DNA of 63,967 nt, filler included, from Octopus bimaculoides (lineage: Eukaryota): assembly GCF_001194135.2 (NCBI RefSeq). It is 7 parts of 6 records of this genome, joined end to end, with 100 filler letters (N's around TTAATTAATTAA, not from the genome) between each part and the next. Parts side by side here need not be neighbours in the genome. Positions count along the whole stretch, not along the records: positions 50,158 to 59,001 come from NW_026428207.1; positions 59,102 to 61,706 come from NC_069003.1; positions 61,807 to 63,967 come from NW_026304529.1; 4 more parts are not named here. The stretch is one strand, 5' to 3'. Shown here piece after piece: positions 52,164-63,967 of this stretch. The notes below the pieces were generated by a model. It saw nothing but the letters and a program-made list of their open reading frames with translations. It searched no databases and was not told the origin of the DNA. The position numbers and the translations under genes are program-made. Each line of letters opens with the position of its first letter. The first letter of the stretch is position 1.

Positions 52164-52233
52164 ATACGTATGTATGTTTATATGTATCTATGTATATGTG
52201 TGTGTGGCGAGGGCTTATTTGTCAGTATGTGAA

Positions 52234-52265
<32 letters not shown>

Positions 52266-53214
52266 TATAGGTGTGAATACGCCTTTATGTAAATATGTCT
52301 ATTCGTTCTATCTATAACTGAGTGCATGTGTGTATGTGTGTTTCTCTGCTCGCATGTGCGTGACATTATGTAAACACGAGTGTGTGCATGTGATTTTCTC
52401 CATATGTTAATGTGAGAAGCTTTCTATGTGAGTTTATGAAGTTTATGTAGATACAAGTGTCTGGCTTTCTGTATCCATGTATGTGTGGGTGTGTTTGTAT
52501 GCATGTATGTATGTATGTGTCATTATGTGTGTGTCTGCGCGCGTGTAGTTTTGTATATCTGTATTTGTGTGTATGAATGAGGGAGAGATGTCTTTGAATG
52601 TCTGTGTGTATGAAGGCAATTTGTGTAAGTACGTGTGCGAATCTTTGTACAGTTATGTACGAATGCATTTGTAGGCTCCTTATTTAGTATATTCGGTACT
52701 ACTTGGACAATGCGTATTTAATGTATGTGCGTGTATATGTGTATGTGGACAGGATTTCATTTAAATATGTCCACATTCATGTTAATATATAAATGGACAA
52801 GGCGGCCAGCTTGCAGAACCGTTAGCACTCTGGGCAAAATGTTTAGTGGTATTTCGTCCGTCTTTATCCTGAGTTCAAATGCCGCTGAGGTGGACTTTGC
52901 ATTTCATCTTCTCGGGATCGATAAAATATGTACCAGTCAAACACTGCGGTCGATGTAATCGGCTTTCTCTATCTCCGGAACTTGATGACCGTGTGTCAAA
53001 ATTTTAAACCAGTATACATCTGCATGTGTATCGTAAATCTTGTACTTCTTTCAGGCATTGGACAGCGGCCATGCTGGGGCACTACCTTGAAGAGTTCAGT
53101 CGAACGACTCGAGCCCATGCCTCATTGTTTTAATTTATATATATATAGACACAGGCGTAGCTGTGTGGTAAGAAGATTGCTTCACAACATGGCTCTGGGT
53201 CCAAATTGGATATC

Positions 53215-53349
53215 TTTTTGCCGAAACGCTAAGTTACGGGGACATAAGCTTACCTGTATCGGTTGTCAAGTGATGGCGGGGGTGGGGACATCAGTTGACA
53301 ACCGATACAGGTGTGTTTATGTCCCCGTAACTTAGCGTTTCAGCAAAAA
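53215..53349. repeat. Local inverted duplication of a family A SINE segment (55-bp arms, 25-nt spacer)
   Basis: 51/55 complementary. Confidence 0.9.
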
Positions 53350-54251
53350 AAAAAGATCCGATATAATAAGTAATGGGCTTACAGGNNNNNNNNNNNNNNN
53401 NNNNNNNNNNNNNNNNNNNNNNNNNNNNNNNNNNNNNNNNNNNNNNNNNNNNNNNNNNNNNNNNNNNNNNNNNNNNNNNNNNNNNNNNNNNNNNNNNNNN
53501 NNNNNNNNNNNNNNNNNNNNNNNNNNNNNNNNNNNNNNNNNNNNNNNNNNNNNNNNNNNNNNNNNNNNNNNNNNNNNNNNNNNNNNNNNNNNNNNNNNNN
53601 NNNNNNNNNNNNNNNNNNNNNNNNNNNNNNNNNNNNNNNNNNNNNNNNNNNNNNNNNNNNNNNNNNNNNNNNNNNNNNNNNNNNNNNNNNNNNNNNNNNN
53701 NNNNNNNNNNNNNNNNNNNNNNNNNNNNNNNNNNNNNNNNNNNNNNNNNNNNNNNNNNNNNNNNNNNNNNNNNNNNNNNNNNNNNNNNNNNNNNNNNNNN
53801 NNNNNNNNNNNNNNNNNNNNNNNNNNNNNNNNNNNNNNNNNNNNNNNNNNNNNNNNNNNNNNNNNNNNNNNNNNNNNNNNNNNNNNNNNNNNNNNNNNNN
53901 NNNNNNNNNNNNNNNNNNNNNNNNNNNNNNNNNNNNNNNNNNNNNNNNNNNNNNNNNNNNNNNNNNNNNNNNNNNNNNNNNNNNNNNNNNNNNNNNNNNN
54001 NNNNNNNNNNNNNNNNNNNNNNNNNNNNNNNNNNNNNNNNNNNNNNNNNNNNNNNNNNNNNNNNNNNNNNNNNNNNNNNNNNNNNNNNNNNGTTGTGTAA
54101 ATATTTTTCTGTTGGCAAGTAAGTTTTCATTAGGGTTCGGCTCTGGTATGTTTTCTTCAGCTTCTGTCGTGTCTGGTTTGGGTCTTTTCTGTCCGGTTTG
54201 GTTCGTGCATGTTTGCGTTGGAATGTCCCTGTAGTAGTGGTGGTGGTGGTG

Positions 54252-54313
<62 letters not shown>

Positions 54314-55093
54314 GGTGGTAGGAGGAGGAGGAGTTGTAGTAGTAACTGTTGGTGTTGGTGGAAATAATGGTGATAGTGATGAAGATTGTTTTTTTTCTTC
54401 TTTTTTCTGTTGTTGTTGATGATGATTTTTGTTTAGTTCTAAGTCAGCCCTAAGCCCAACGGCTCTCCATCCACGACTACCCAAGGTGTTTTTGTTTTTT
54501 TTTTTTTTTTTTTTTTTTTTATACACGTTGCTGATGTCTTACGAAAGTGGCGTCTTAAGCAAGATGTGATGATGCAGAGTGATGGAGGGAAGGATGTTAT
54601 TTTTCGGGGATAGTGTGGAAGGAGCATACACCACCACCACCACCACCACTACCGTACACGCCCCTATCACCAACACAGCCATTCCAAGTTTCTTGGTACG
54701 GTGGGTACGCAATCAAAGGTTGTCGGGGTCTGGTTATATAGGGTGTTGTTTACACAAATAACACAACCAAACTGAACGTGGAAATTCTTGGTGTAGCAAG
54801 AGAAACGGTGTTTCAAGAATCTCAGCAGGAGTCCAAATTCGTTGGCTCCACCTTTGTGTCTTTCTAGGTTGTATTCCACACACAAACTCTTCGGAGTCTT
54901 GTTTTGTTTACTGGTTTCTTTTCTTATTGTTTTTGTTGTTGATTTTTTTTAAATATAAGGGTTGAAGTTTGGGTTATTTATATAGTTTTTTTGTTTTTTT
55001 TAGGAGCGGATTGGAGCGGAGTGGTGTGGTGTTTAATCTCCCCCTCTCTCTGTGTCTGTGCATTTTACATCATTTAGCAAATATGCTTGCTAT

Positions 55094-55193
<100 letters not shown>

Positions 55194-56658
55194 GGTAACA
55201 GTACGGAATACATAAGCATACATACATTTATATGTACGTACACACTCACGGACACACTCTCACTATCTCTTGCACACACACACAAATACACAGAAACATA
55301 CACGCACACACACACACTCACACACACATATGTATGCTGACAAAATCTTAGACAGAAAGAGAGACAGTGATTAAGAGAGAGACAGAAGAATGTTTGCGTG
55401 TTTATATGTAACTTTGTTCTCCTTAGTATGTTTTTCAACAAAATCCGTCCAACGACTTCTTTGAATATTAGATATAAAGAAGTTAGGCTTACTTCGAACT
55501 CCCAGTCAACACTAATACTATTACAAATTTTGGATTATACATTTACTTTTCAGTTCATACATTAGTTAACATTTTGCTATCCTAAAAAGTACATTTATGC
55601 ACGCTTATGTTTGTGTGTGTGTGGAGGCGCAATGGCCCAGTGGTTAGTGTAGGGGACTCTCGGTCGTAGGATCGCGGTTTCGATTCCCAGACCGGGCGTC
55701 GTGAGTGTTTATTGAGCGAAAACACCTAAAGTTCCACGAAGCTCCGGCAGGGGGTGGTGGCGAACCCTGCTGTATTCTTTCACCGCAATTTTTTCTCACT
55801 CTTTCTTCCTGTTTCTGTTGTACCTGTAATTCAAAGGGGCCAGCCTTGTCACACTATGTGTGTCACGCTGAATCTCCCCGAGAACTACGTTAAGGAAACT
55901 TGTCTGTGGAGTGCTCAGCCACTTGCACGTTAATTTCACGGGCAGGCTTTTCCGTTGATCGGATCAACTGGAACCCTCTTCGTCGTAACCGACAGAGTGC
56001 CAAAAACAAATTCATATACTGTTCGAATAATTTGCATTGCAAGTTGTCGACGCTAAATGTAACCAGATTCTTCATACCGTTTCAGTGTTTGATTTTCTCT
56101 GTTCTGACATGCATACATATTTCTTATAATTTCGTACGTACGTACTTAAAAGGGTTGTATATATAAACAGGCCCATGCTTNNNNNNNNNNNNNNNNNNNN
56201 NNNNNNNNNNNNNNNNNNNNNNNNNNNNNNNNNNNNNNNNNNNNNNNNNNNNNNNNNNNNNNNNNNNNNNNNNNNNNNNNNNNNNNNNNNNNNNNNNNNN
56301 NNNNNNNNNNNNNNNNNNNNNNNNNNNNNNNNNNNNNNNNNNNNNNNNNNNNNNNNNNNNNNNNNNNNNNNNNNNNNNNNNNNNNNNNNNNNNNNNNNNN
56401 NNNNNNNNNNNNNNNNNNNNNNNNNNNNNNNNNNNNNNNNNNNNNNNNNNNNNNNNNNNNNNNNNNNNNNNNNNNNNNNNNNNNNNNNNNNNNNNNNNNN
56501 NNNNNNNNNNNNNNNNNNNNNNNNNNNNNNNNNNNNNNNNNNNNNNNNNNNNNNNNNNNNNNNNNNNNNNNNNNNNNNNNNNNNNNNNNNNNNNNNNNNN
56601 NNNNNNNNNNNNNNNNNNNNNNNNNNNNNNNNNNNNNNNNNNNNNNNNNNNNNNNNNN

Positions 56659-56700
<42 letters not shown>

Positions 56701-57430
56701 CCTCTCTCTCTCTCTAAAGAAAGAGTGTGTATCTAGATGAAACAAAGAGAGATATACATGTACACAGAAGCTTATCCATAGCTAATAGACGTACTTTAGC
56801 ACCCACATACTTTATAATACACACACACACACACACGCACATAGACAGACGTACCCAAGCATGTGCACACATTCTTTTAAACCTAACTTTCTCTCCCCTT
56901 CCGCCATCCACACACACATTAAACAATGCTCATTAGAGCGTTATACGTTAAACAGTAACCACGCCGATGATGCATTCGTTGTCATCGTTGGTGTGGAATG
57001 ACGGTTTAGGTTACCCCCTCGTTTATTTACACATTCACTCAATCGGTTATTCGTTTATTCATTCATTTGCTTATCCGCTCATGTGCTTTTCCGTCTCTGC
57101 TTATCAGTGTTGTTGATGTTGCTCTTATGTTTCTGGATGTTTTTTTTTTTGTTGTTGTTTTCATTCTTGGTTCTTGTTTTGTTTTTATTTTATTTTTTTT
57201 TGTTTCGTTTTATTGTTGTTCTTTATCTTTTATTTAAATTTTATCTTCAGACTTCAATAGAACAAATTTAACGGTGCAAAGTTATACATACATGCATATA
57301 TATATGTATATATATATATACATACATACATGTATATATATATATACATACATACATGCATATATATATATATACATACATACATATATATATATGTATA
57401 CATGTGTATGTGTGTATCTACATATACATG

Positions 57431-57468
<38 letters not shown>

Positions 57469-57478
57469 NNNNNNNNNN

Positions 57479-57512
<34 letters not shown>

Positions 57513-57959
57513 ACATATATACATGCACAACATAGTAAAGAACACATGTATATATACAGAGAAAGAGTTTGAGAGAGAGAGTGGCTGATCTACAAGCATA
57601 TACATACTGGCACGCACACATACACACAAACAGACATAAATTTATTGTATCAATACATACGTATGCTTGTGTGTGCATACATACATACATACATACACAC
57701 TTGCATGCATATGTTGACCTATTGACCCACACGTGTATGCACATATGTGAATATGCACATCTGTTCCATATAAGATTCGGTGCTCCACGTGCTTTTGTGG
57801 AATTCTACGTGTTAGCGTATCATCCCCCCCCCTATCTGTTTGCTACTCGTGGCCTGTAAAAGAAGGAAGTCCGGAATTAAATTAAATTCCTTTTTTTTTT
57901 AAAAATATGTTTTTGCCGGTTGATTTGATGTTGATAAATATTTCTCTAATAGTCTCTAT

Positions 57960-58077
57960 TCTTACGAAATGTTAATAACGTTGTTGATGTGGTGATCTTT
58001 CAATTGCCATACGTATCTTGATACACGTGTGGTTTTTCTTTTGCCCGTATATATAAAGATAGGCTTATATATAAATG
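57960..58077 (-). pseudogene. Possible second Penelope GIY-YIG remnant
   Basis: TTRVSRYVWQLKDHHIN resembles the PLE T.LS.YIW.LK..I motif. Confidence 0.35.
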
Positions 58078-58300
58078 TAGATCCTCGAATCAGCTCCNNN
58101 NNNNNNNNNNNNNNNNNNNNNNNNNNNNNNNNNNNNNNNNNNNNNNNNNNNNNNNNNNNNNNNNNNNNNNNNNNNNNNNNNNNNNNNNNNNNNNNNNNNN
58201 NNNNNNNNNNNNNNNNNNNNNNNNNNNNNNNNNNNNNNNNNNNNNNNNNNNNNNNNNNNNNNNNNNNNNNNNNNNNNNNNNNNNNNNNNNNNNNNNNNNN

Positions 58301-58340
<40 letters not shown>

Positions 58341-59101
58341 ATATGCCTATCTATGTATCTATCTTTGTGTATATTTGTGTATATATTTGCGTGTCTTTGT
58401 GTTTGTTCGTGTACCCCAGCGGCTGATAAACTCGTACGTGCGCGCACACACACACACCCACCTACATAACACACACGTACACACCCATACACATACACAC
58501 ATATATCAATTTAGGTTTCCCCAAATTGTCACACCTACCAATCACCAGGACTTCCATATATTTTCTAACGTGCTCGCAGACGACACATCCTTCCACAGAT
58601 TTTCATTATTCATTTCAGCCTTCACCTATTGTCCATCCCCTACAAACCCTGAAATATATCCCTAAATTTAGCAAACTATTGACGTCACTACCATTCAAAT
58701 GTATACATTTCGTTTCAATCATTCTATAAATTCCATTATCCTCAAATTAACCGCCCTACATACTCCAGCATCCACACACTACCAAAGGCAGTCGTTCACA
58801 CCTCTCTCACACACACACATGCGCACGCATTATTCACTTATACCCATTTGTCTTCTTTTCCATCCTCCATGAAATGTACATTTCATCTAATGAACACTGG
58901 TGTTGGATTCAAGAGCGAGTTGTCAGTAGCAACGAAAATTATATTTATTTTAATTATCCCCTAAATTCCACTTTCGTAAATTAGCCACCCTCATCATCGC
59001 CNNNNNNNNNNNNNNNNNNNNNNNNNNNNNNNNNNNNNNNNNNNNTTAATTAATTAANNNNNNNNNNNNNNNNNNNNNNNNNNNNNNNNNNNNNNNNNNN
59101 N

Positions 59102-59570
59102 TCATTTCATTTTACTAAAGATAGCAGCCAGATCCCTGCCTTCATGAACCACATCCTTATAGAAAAGGATGTATATATCTGTTATCATTCATCTTTTATG
59201 TTTGTCTACAGTAATTCTTGCAGACTGGCTTTGAAATCTTAACTGGTGCCACCGACAGCAACTGCTTCAAGATAACTAGGAGATCTCTGTATGGTCGTTT
59301 CAGTTTACTAAAGATAGCAGCCAGATCCCTGCCTTCATGAACCACATCCTTATAGGAAAGGATGTATATATCTGTTATCACTCATCTTTTATGTTTGTCT
59401 ACAGTAATTCTTGCAGACTGGCTTTGAAATCTTAACTGGTGCTACCGACAGCAATTGTTTCAAGACAACTAGGAGGTCTCTGTATGGTCATTTCATTTTA
59501 CTAGAAATAGCAGCCAGATCCCTCCCTTCATGAACCACATCCTTATAGAAAAGGATGTATTTATCTGTTA
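59102..59570. repeat. 193-bp tandem repeat, about 2.4 copies, open to the gap on the left
   Basis: ATAGCAGCCAGATCCCT recurs at 59121, 59314 and 59507. Confidence 0.95.
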
Positions 59571-59953
59571 CTCTTTACTCTTTTACTTGTTTCAGTCATT
59601 TGACTGTGGCCATACTGGAGTACCACCTTTAGTCGAGCAAATTGACCCTAGGACTTATTCTTTGTAAGCCTAGTACTTACTATATCGGTCTCTTTTGCCG
59701 AACCGCTAAGTTACAGGGACGTAAACACACCAGCATCAGTTGTCAAGTGATATTGGGGGGACAAACACAGACACACAAACTCACACATTATATATATACA
59801 CGACGGGCTTCTTTCAGTTTTGTCTACCAAATCCACTCACAAGGCTTTGGTCAGCCCGAGGCTATAGTAGGAGACATTTGCCCAAAGTGTCACACATTGG
59901 GACTGAACCCGGAACCATGTGGTTGGTAAGCAAGCTACTTACCACACAGTTGC
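59568..59953 (-). mobile_element. SINE family A, full length
   Basis: Complete tail-to-head homology. Confidence 0.92.
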
Positions 59954-60321
59954 CGCAGTAATGTTTATTTCACGAAACAATTGGTTAAGTTTGGGGGAAG
60001 TTAAACATCTTTTGATATCTGCAAGAAACGTTTGGACAGTGGGATGTTAGTGTTGATATTCTGGTGAAGAAGGATTGGACCAAGTTGCTTAGTGCAGGGT
60101 CTGGTGGGAATTTGCCAAATGGGAAGTGAGAGGGGGTTTATGTGTGTTGCTGAGTGGATCTTTACTAATTAGTAGGTAAGGTAAAAGATACAGTTATTTA
60201 CTTGAGTTATACCAATTCAAGGGCATATATAAATTTCCCAGCTGGACGAGATGACTCATTTTTGCCAGCTAAGTGGACTGGAGTATCGTGAAATGAAGTG
60301 CTTTGCTCAAGAACACAACAC

Positions 60322-60561
60322 ATCGCCCAGTCCAGGAATTGAAACCACAATCTTATAATCATGAGTCCCACACCGTAACCACTAGGCCGTGTGTCTCCAC
60401 TATTGCCCAGTCCAGGAATTGAAAGTACAATCTTATAATCATTAGTCCCACACCCTAACCACTAGGCCATATGCCTCCACTATTGCCCATTTCAGGAATT
60501 GAAACTACAATCCTACGAACATGAGTCCAGAGCCCTAACCACTAAGCTATGTGTTTCCACT
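60322..60561 (-). repeat. Three tandem 80-bp copies of a tRNA-like SINE head
   Basis: Units start at 60322, 60402 and 60482; on - strand each has A-box TAGCTTAGTGG/TGGCCTAGTGG and B-box GTTTCAATTCC-like. Confidence 0.9.
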
Positions 60562-60605
60562 ACTAATTAGTAGTGGTGGTGGTGGTGGTGGTGGTAGTGG
60601 TAGTG

Positions 60606-60641
<36 letters not shown>

Positions 60642-60740
60642 TATAGCTAATTAGCTCAGCAAAGCAGAAACTGGTGTAGCAGTGGTAATTGAATAGTCAC
60701 TGAGTGGAGACAGCATGTCTGTGGGTTAGAGAGTCTTTCA

Positions 60741-60919
60741 CCTTTTAACTGTGAAATTAAATTTCATGGTTATTCCTGAAATGATGTTAAACATCTACCA
60801 AAACAAATAGAAATTGGTATTTTCTGCTAGTCACTTTGCTTCAATAAACTCGGCATATCTTGACATAAGAGAAAGTAGTTTCAAACATGACATTCCTCAA
60901 CAAAAGATAAATTGGTGTG

Positions 60920-60964
<45 letters not shown>

Positions 60965-61403
60965 TCATTCTGCAGTTGGGGGTAATGAAAGTTTGTGTGG
61001 ATATATCTGATTTCTGGAGTGAAGGGGTTAAAACAAAAGTAAGGGACATTGGATAATCTGGTCCTGAATTCAGTATGTCTGGAAAAAAAAGTAGGACAGT
61101 CATGGTTGGAATGTCTTTGATCATAAGTTTGACAAGGTCCCTCAACCCTTTCACTGTGAAATCAAATTTCATGGTTATTCTTTTAGTAATGATGTTAAAT
61201 ATCTGCCAAACAGATAAAATTGGTTATTTTCTGCAGGCGATGTTGCCTCAAATAAACATGACATATCTGAGTAAGAAATAGTTCCAGACATGACATTCCC
61301 CCCAACAAAAGATAGATTGATACATAAAACTGTTTTCTGCAGTTAAGAGTAATGAAATTTTGAGTGGGATGTCTCTGATTAGTTTTTACAGTAAAAGGGT
61401 TGA
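60741..61403. mobile_element. Two adjacent diverged copies of a piggyBac-like MITE (60741-61027; 61146-61399)
   Basis: Shared ACTGTGAAAT.AAATTTCATGGTTATTC body; copy 2 has TIRs CCCTTTCACTGTGAAA / TTTACAGTAAAAGGG and flanks TCAA/TTGA (decayed TTAA). Confidence 0.65.
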
Positions 61404-61874
61404 CAAATAATTGGCCAACCTTCATTCAACTGGATTCAGAGTCTTTGATGTTTGCCCATGTAGCAGCACTTCAGTTATCCTAAATGTATGTAAGCAACAT
61501 TCTCTTGAGAGACACTTTGGTCTTTTTTTTTTTTTTTTTTTTTTTTGGAAGGAGGTCAGCTACTAATTTTTTATCATTTATTTATTTTATTTTTCTATTT
61601 CAGGTGATCCTAGTAAAAGTGCCACAGAATATCAGAATTCAAATTATCCACCAAATTATTTCAACAGGTAAGACACACACACACACACATATATATATAT
61701 GTATGTNNNNNNNNNNNNNNNNNNNNNNNNNNNNNNNNNNNNNNNNNNNNTTAATTAATTAANNNNNNNNNNNNNNNNNNNNNNNNNNNNNNNNNNNNNN
61801 NNNNNNACCATTGTAAATGAGATGATTTATATTTTTATCAAATATTTTATAACCATAATTATTATTATTATAAC

Positions 61875-61959
<85 letters not shown>

Positions 61960-62205
61960 TATTTATATATTTATTTATGATTATAGTTATTAGTGTCCAA
62001 TGCTGACAGAAAAGACGGCATGAAAATGATACGGAAAATAAAATTAAAATTAAAAGTTTAAAGCCTTTATCTTACTAATTGCTTCAACAAGACGTTTTTA
62101 GTAAAAACCCTGCCATTAATTAGTTTAATTTGTTTGTGATGGTTTTTAACCAAAATTTTAAAATCATTATTGCTTTTACTTCTGCACAATAATATGGCTG
62201 AATAC

Positions 62206-62450
62206 TCATGATAGTAGGGTGATGCCAGCATTACTGAAGCTCTGCCTTTGTGATTTGTTTATAATCATTGCAAGTACTGGAATAACAGAAAAGTGTTGTC
62301 TGCTGATACTAAAGGGAAGGGTCATTGCATTAGGAGGGAGACTAATGCACGGAATAATGGCCTCCTCTCCTTTCTTACTTCCAATAATAATTTTTCTATG
62401 AATGAAAAAATCCTTGATGGGCAGCACTAAGATCCGGGTCAATTGGGTTC
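62206..62450 (-). pseudogene. Helitron PIF1-family helicase C-terminal remnant
   Basis: KIIIGSKKGEEAIIPCISLPP..LPFSISRQHFSVIPVLAMIINKSQRQSF matches Helitron G..V.IPRI..LPF..R.QFP...AMTINKSQGQS. Confidence 0.8.
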
Positions 62451-63967
62451 AACTAGAATTACGAGTAAACTGATAACAAACAATACATACCGTAAATATA
62501 CAAACACATCGAAATATTAGAGAAAATGGCCATCGTAAAATGTAAACAAAACATCTCATCTCTGAAATGATTCTTCTGAGTATGCGTGAGCCCTAATTTA
62601 TAGGGATGCCTCTGCAAGCATATATAAATTGTACAATGCATAATAAACTTNNNNNNNNNNNNNNNNNNNNNNNNNNNNNNNNNNNNNNNNNNNNNNNNNN
62701 NNNNNNNNNNNNNNNNNNNNNNNNNNNNNNNNNNNNNNNNNNNNNNNNNNNNNNNNNNNNNNNNNNNNNNNNNNNNNNNNNNNNNNNNNNNNNNNNNNNN
62801 NNNNNNNNNNNNNNNNNNNNNNNNNNNNNNNNNNNNNNNNNNNNNNNNNNNNNNNNNNNNNNNNNNNNNNNNNNNNNNNNNNNNNNNNNNNNNNNNNNNN
62901 NNNNNNNNNNNNNNNNNNNNNNNNNNNNNNNNNNNNNNNNNNNNNNNNNNNNNNNNNNNNNNNNNNNNNNNNNNNNNNNNNNNNNNNNNNNNNNNNNNNC
63001 AAACCCTGGCAGTCATGGCTATGACTCTCACTACTTCTCCTTCACAGGATAATTATTTTCTTTCCTCTCCCTTCAATTACATACAAGGAGACATAGAAGG
63101 AAACCAAACGAAAGCAAACATGGAGGGTCTATAGACCACAACGAGGGTAAAATAGCGAATGGTGGAGAAATATTTTCTTTTATAACAGAAAACATAGCAG
63201 AAAGATAGGATAAGTCCTGTCCTTAGGACAGTCCGGAAAGAAAAGAAATATAATCACGTGAGGAAAAGAAAGATGGACAGTGGTTACATGTGAGCAACGA
63301 TAGAGAAATGTAGAAAGAGGGGACAGAGAGAGAGATAGAAAACGGTGAAGGGGAGAAGAAGGGAATTAGAGAAAAGGCTGAGGGAAAATGATGGGGTAGA
63401 AAACAGTATAGAGTAGAGTCTCATCAAAAAGATTAAGATAAACTTACTTGAAAATGGATGTGTAGCTTTCAATCAAATAATAATGTAAATAATATATATA
63501 TACGCATATATGGGTACAGGATGTCACCAACAGTATACAACATGAAATTCGGAAACAAGTGAGTTCAATACGCAAAAACTAGACAAACAAATGGAAAACA
63601 GGACGAGTAACAAAAAGAACGACCCTTGTTTAGTTGTCGACTGTCTATCTACTTCTCATCTCAAGCATTCAAAGGGAATATGAAAATTTGAAGACAGTTG
63701 CTTCCATAAGTTGCAAAATTAAAATTGGGATTTGTGGATCGTCAAAGTTGGGAACAAAAACAGGTCAGTGGAGACATACAATGAAGCCGAAGGAAAACAA
63801 ACATCGAAGGCAAAACAGCGAACGCTAGAAAATGTTTTCTTTGACAAGAGAAAATATATCTATCTATCTATCGGTTTGTGAATCTATCTATCTCTCTCTC
63901 TATATATATATATATACATACACACATACACACTTACACACTTACACACATACACACATACACACAT

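Noticed and set aside
60322-60561. tRNA gene or CRISPR-like array
   Set aside because: No cloverleaf 3' half, contiguous with a SINE body; units lack unique spacers and the host is eukaryotic

Overview
Eukaryotic draft-assembly DNA, very probably octopus; the SINE families, the microsatellite load and the TTAATTAATTAA-in-gap markers all resemble Octopus bimaculoides (inference). No intact protein-coding gene can be supported. Almost all ORFs in the track are microsatellite or N-gap artefacts or decayed transposon pieces. The window contains: two hAT transposase pseudogenes (one near full length and nested inside an RLE-type LINE); several RLE (R4/Dong-like) and RTE LINE fragments; Penelope GIY-YIG remnants; a Helitron helicase remnant; a probable L1/Tx1 ORF1 remnant; many tRNA-derived SINEs; and MITEs. 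Four signals stand out. (1) A perfect 2x121-bp palindrome at 21881-22127 whose arms each fold into a minimal type-I hammerhead-ribozyme-like motif with a compensatory G3-C8 core swap. (2) A second, decayed inverted pair of hammerhead-like motifs at 39888-40128. (3) Dense clusters of RFX X-box motifs at 45787-46052 and 26396-26662. (4) CpG-content switches that coincide with placeholder gaps. Coordinates of decayed repeats are approximate.
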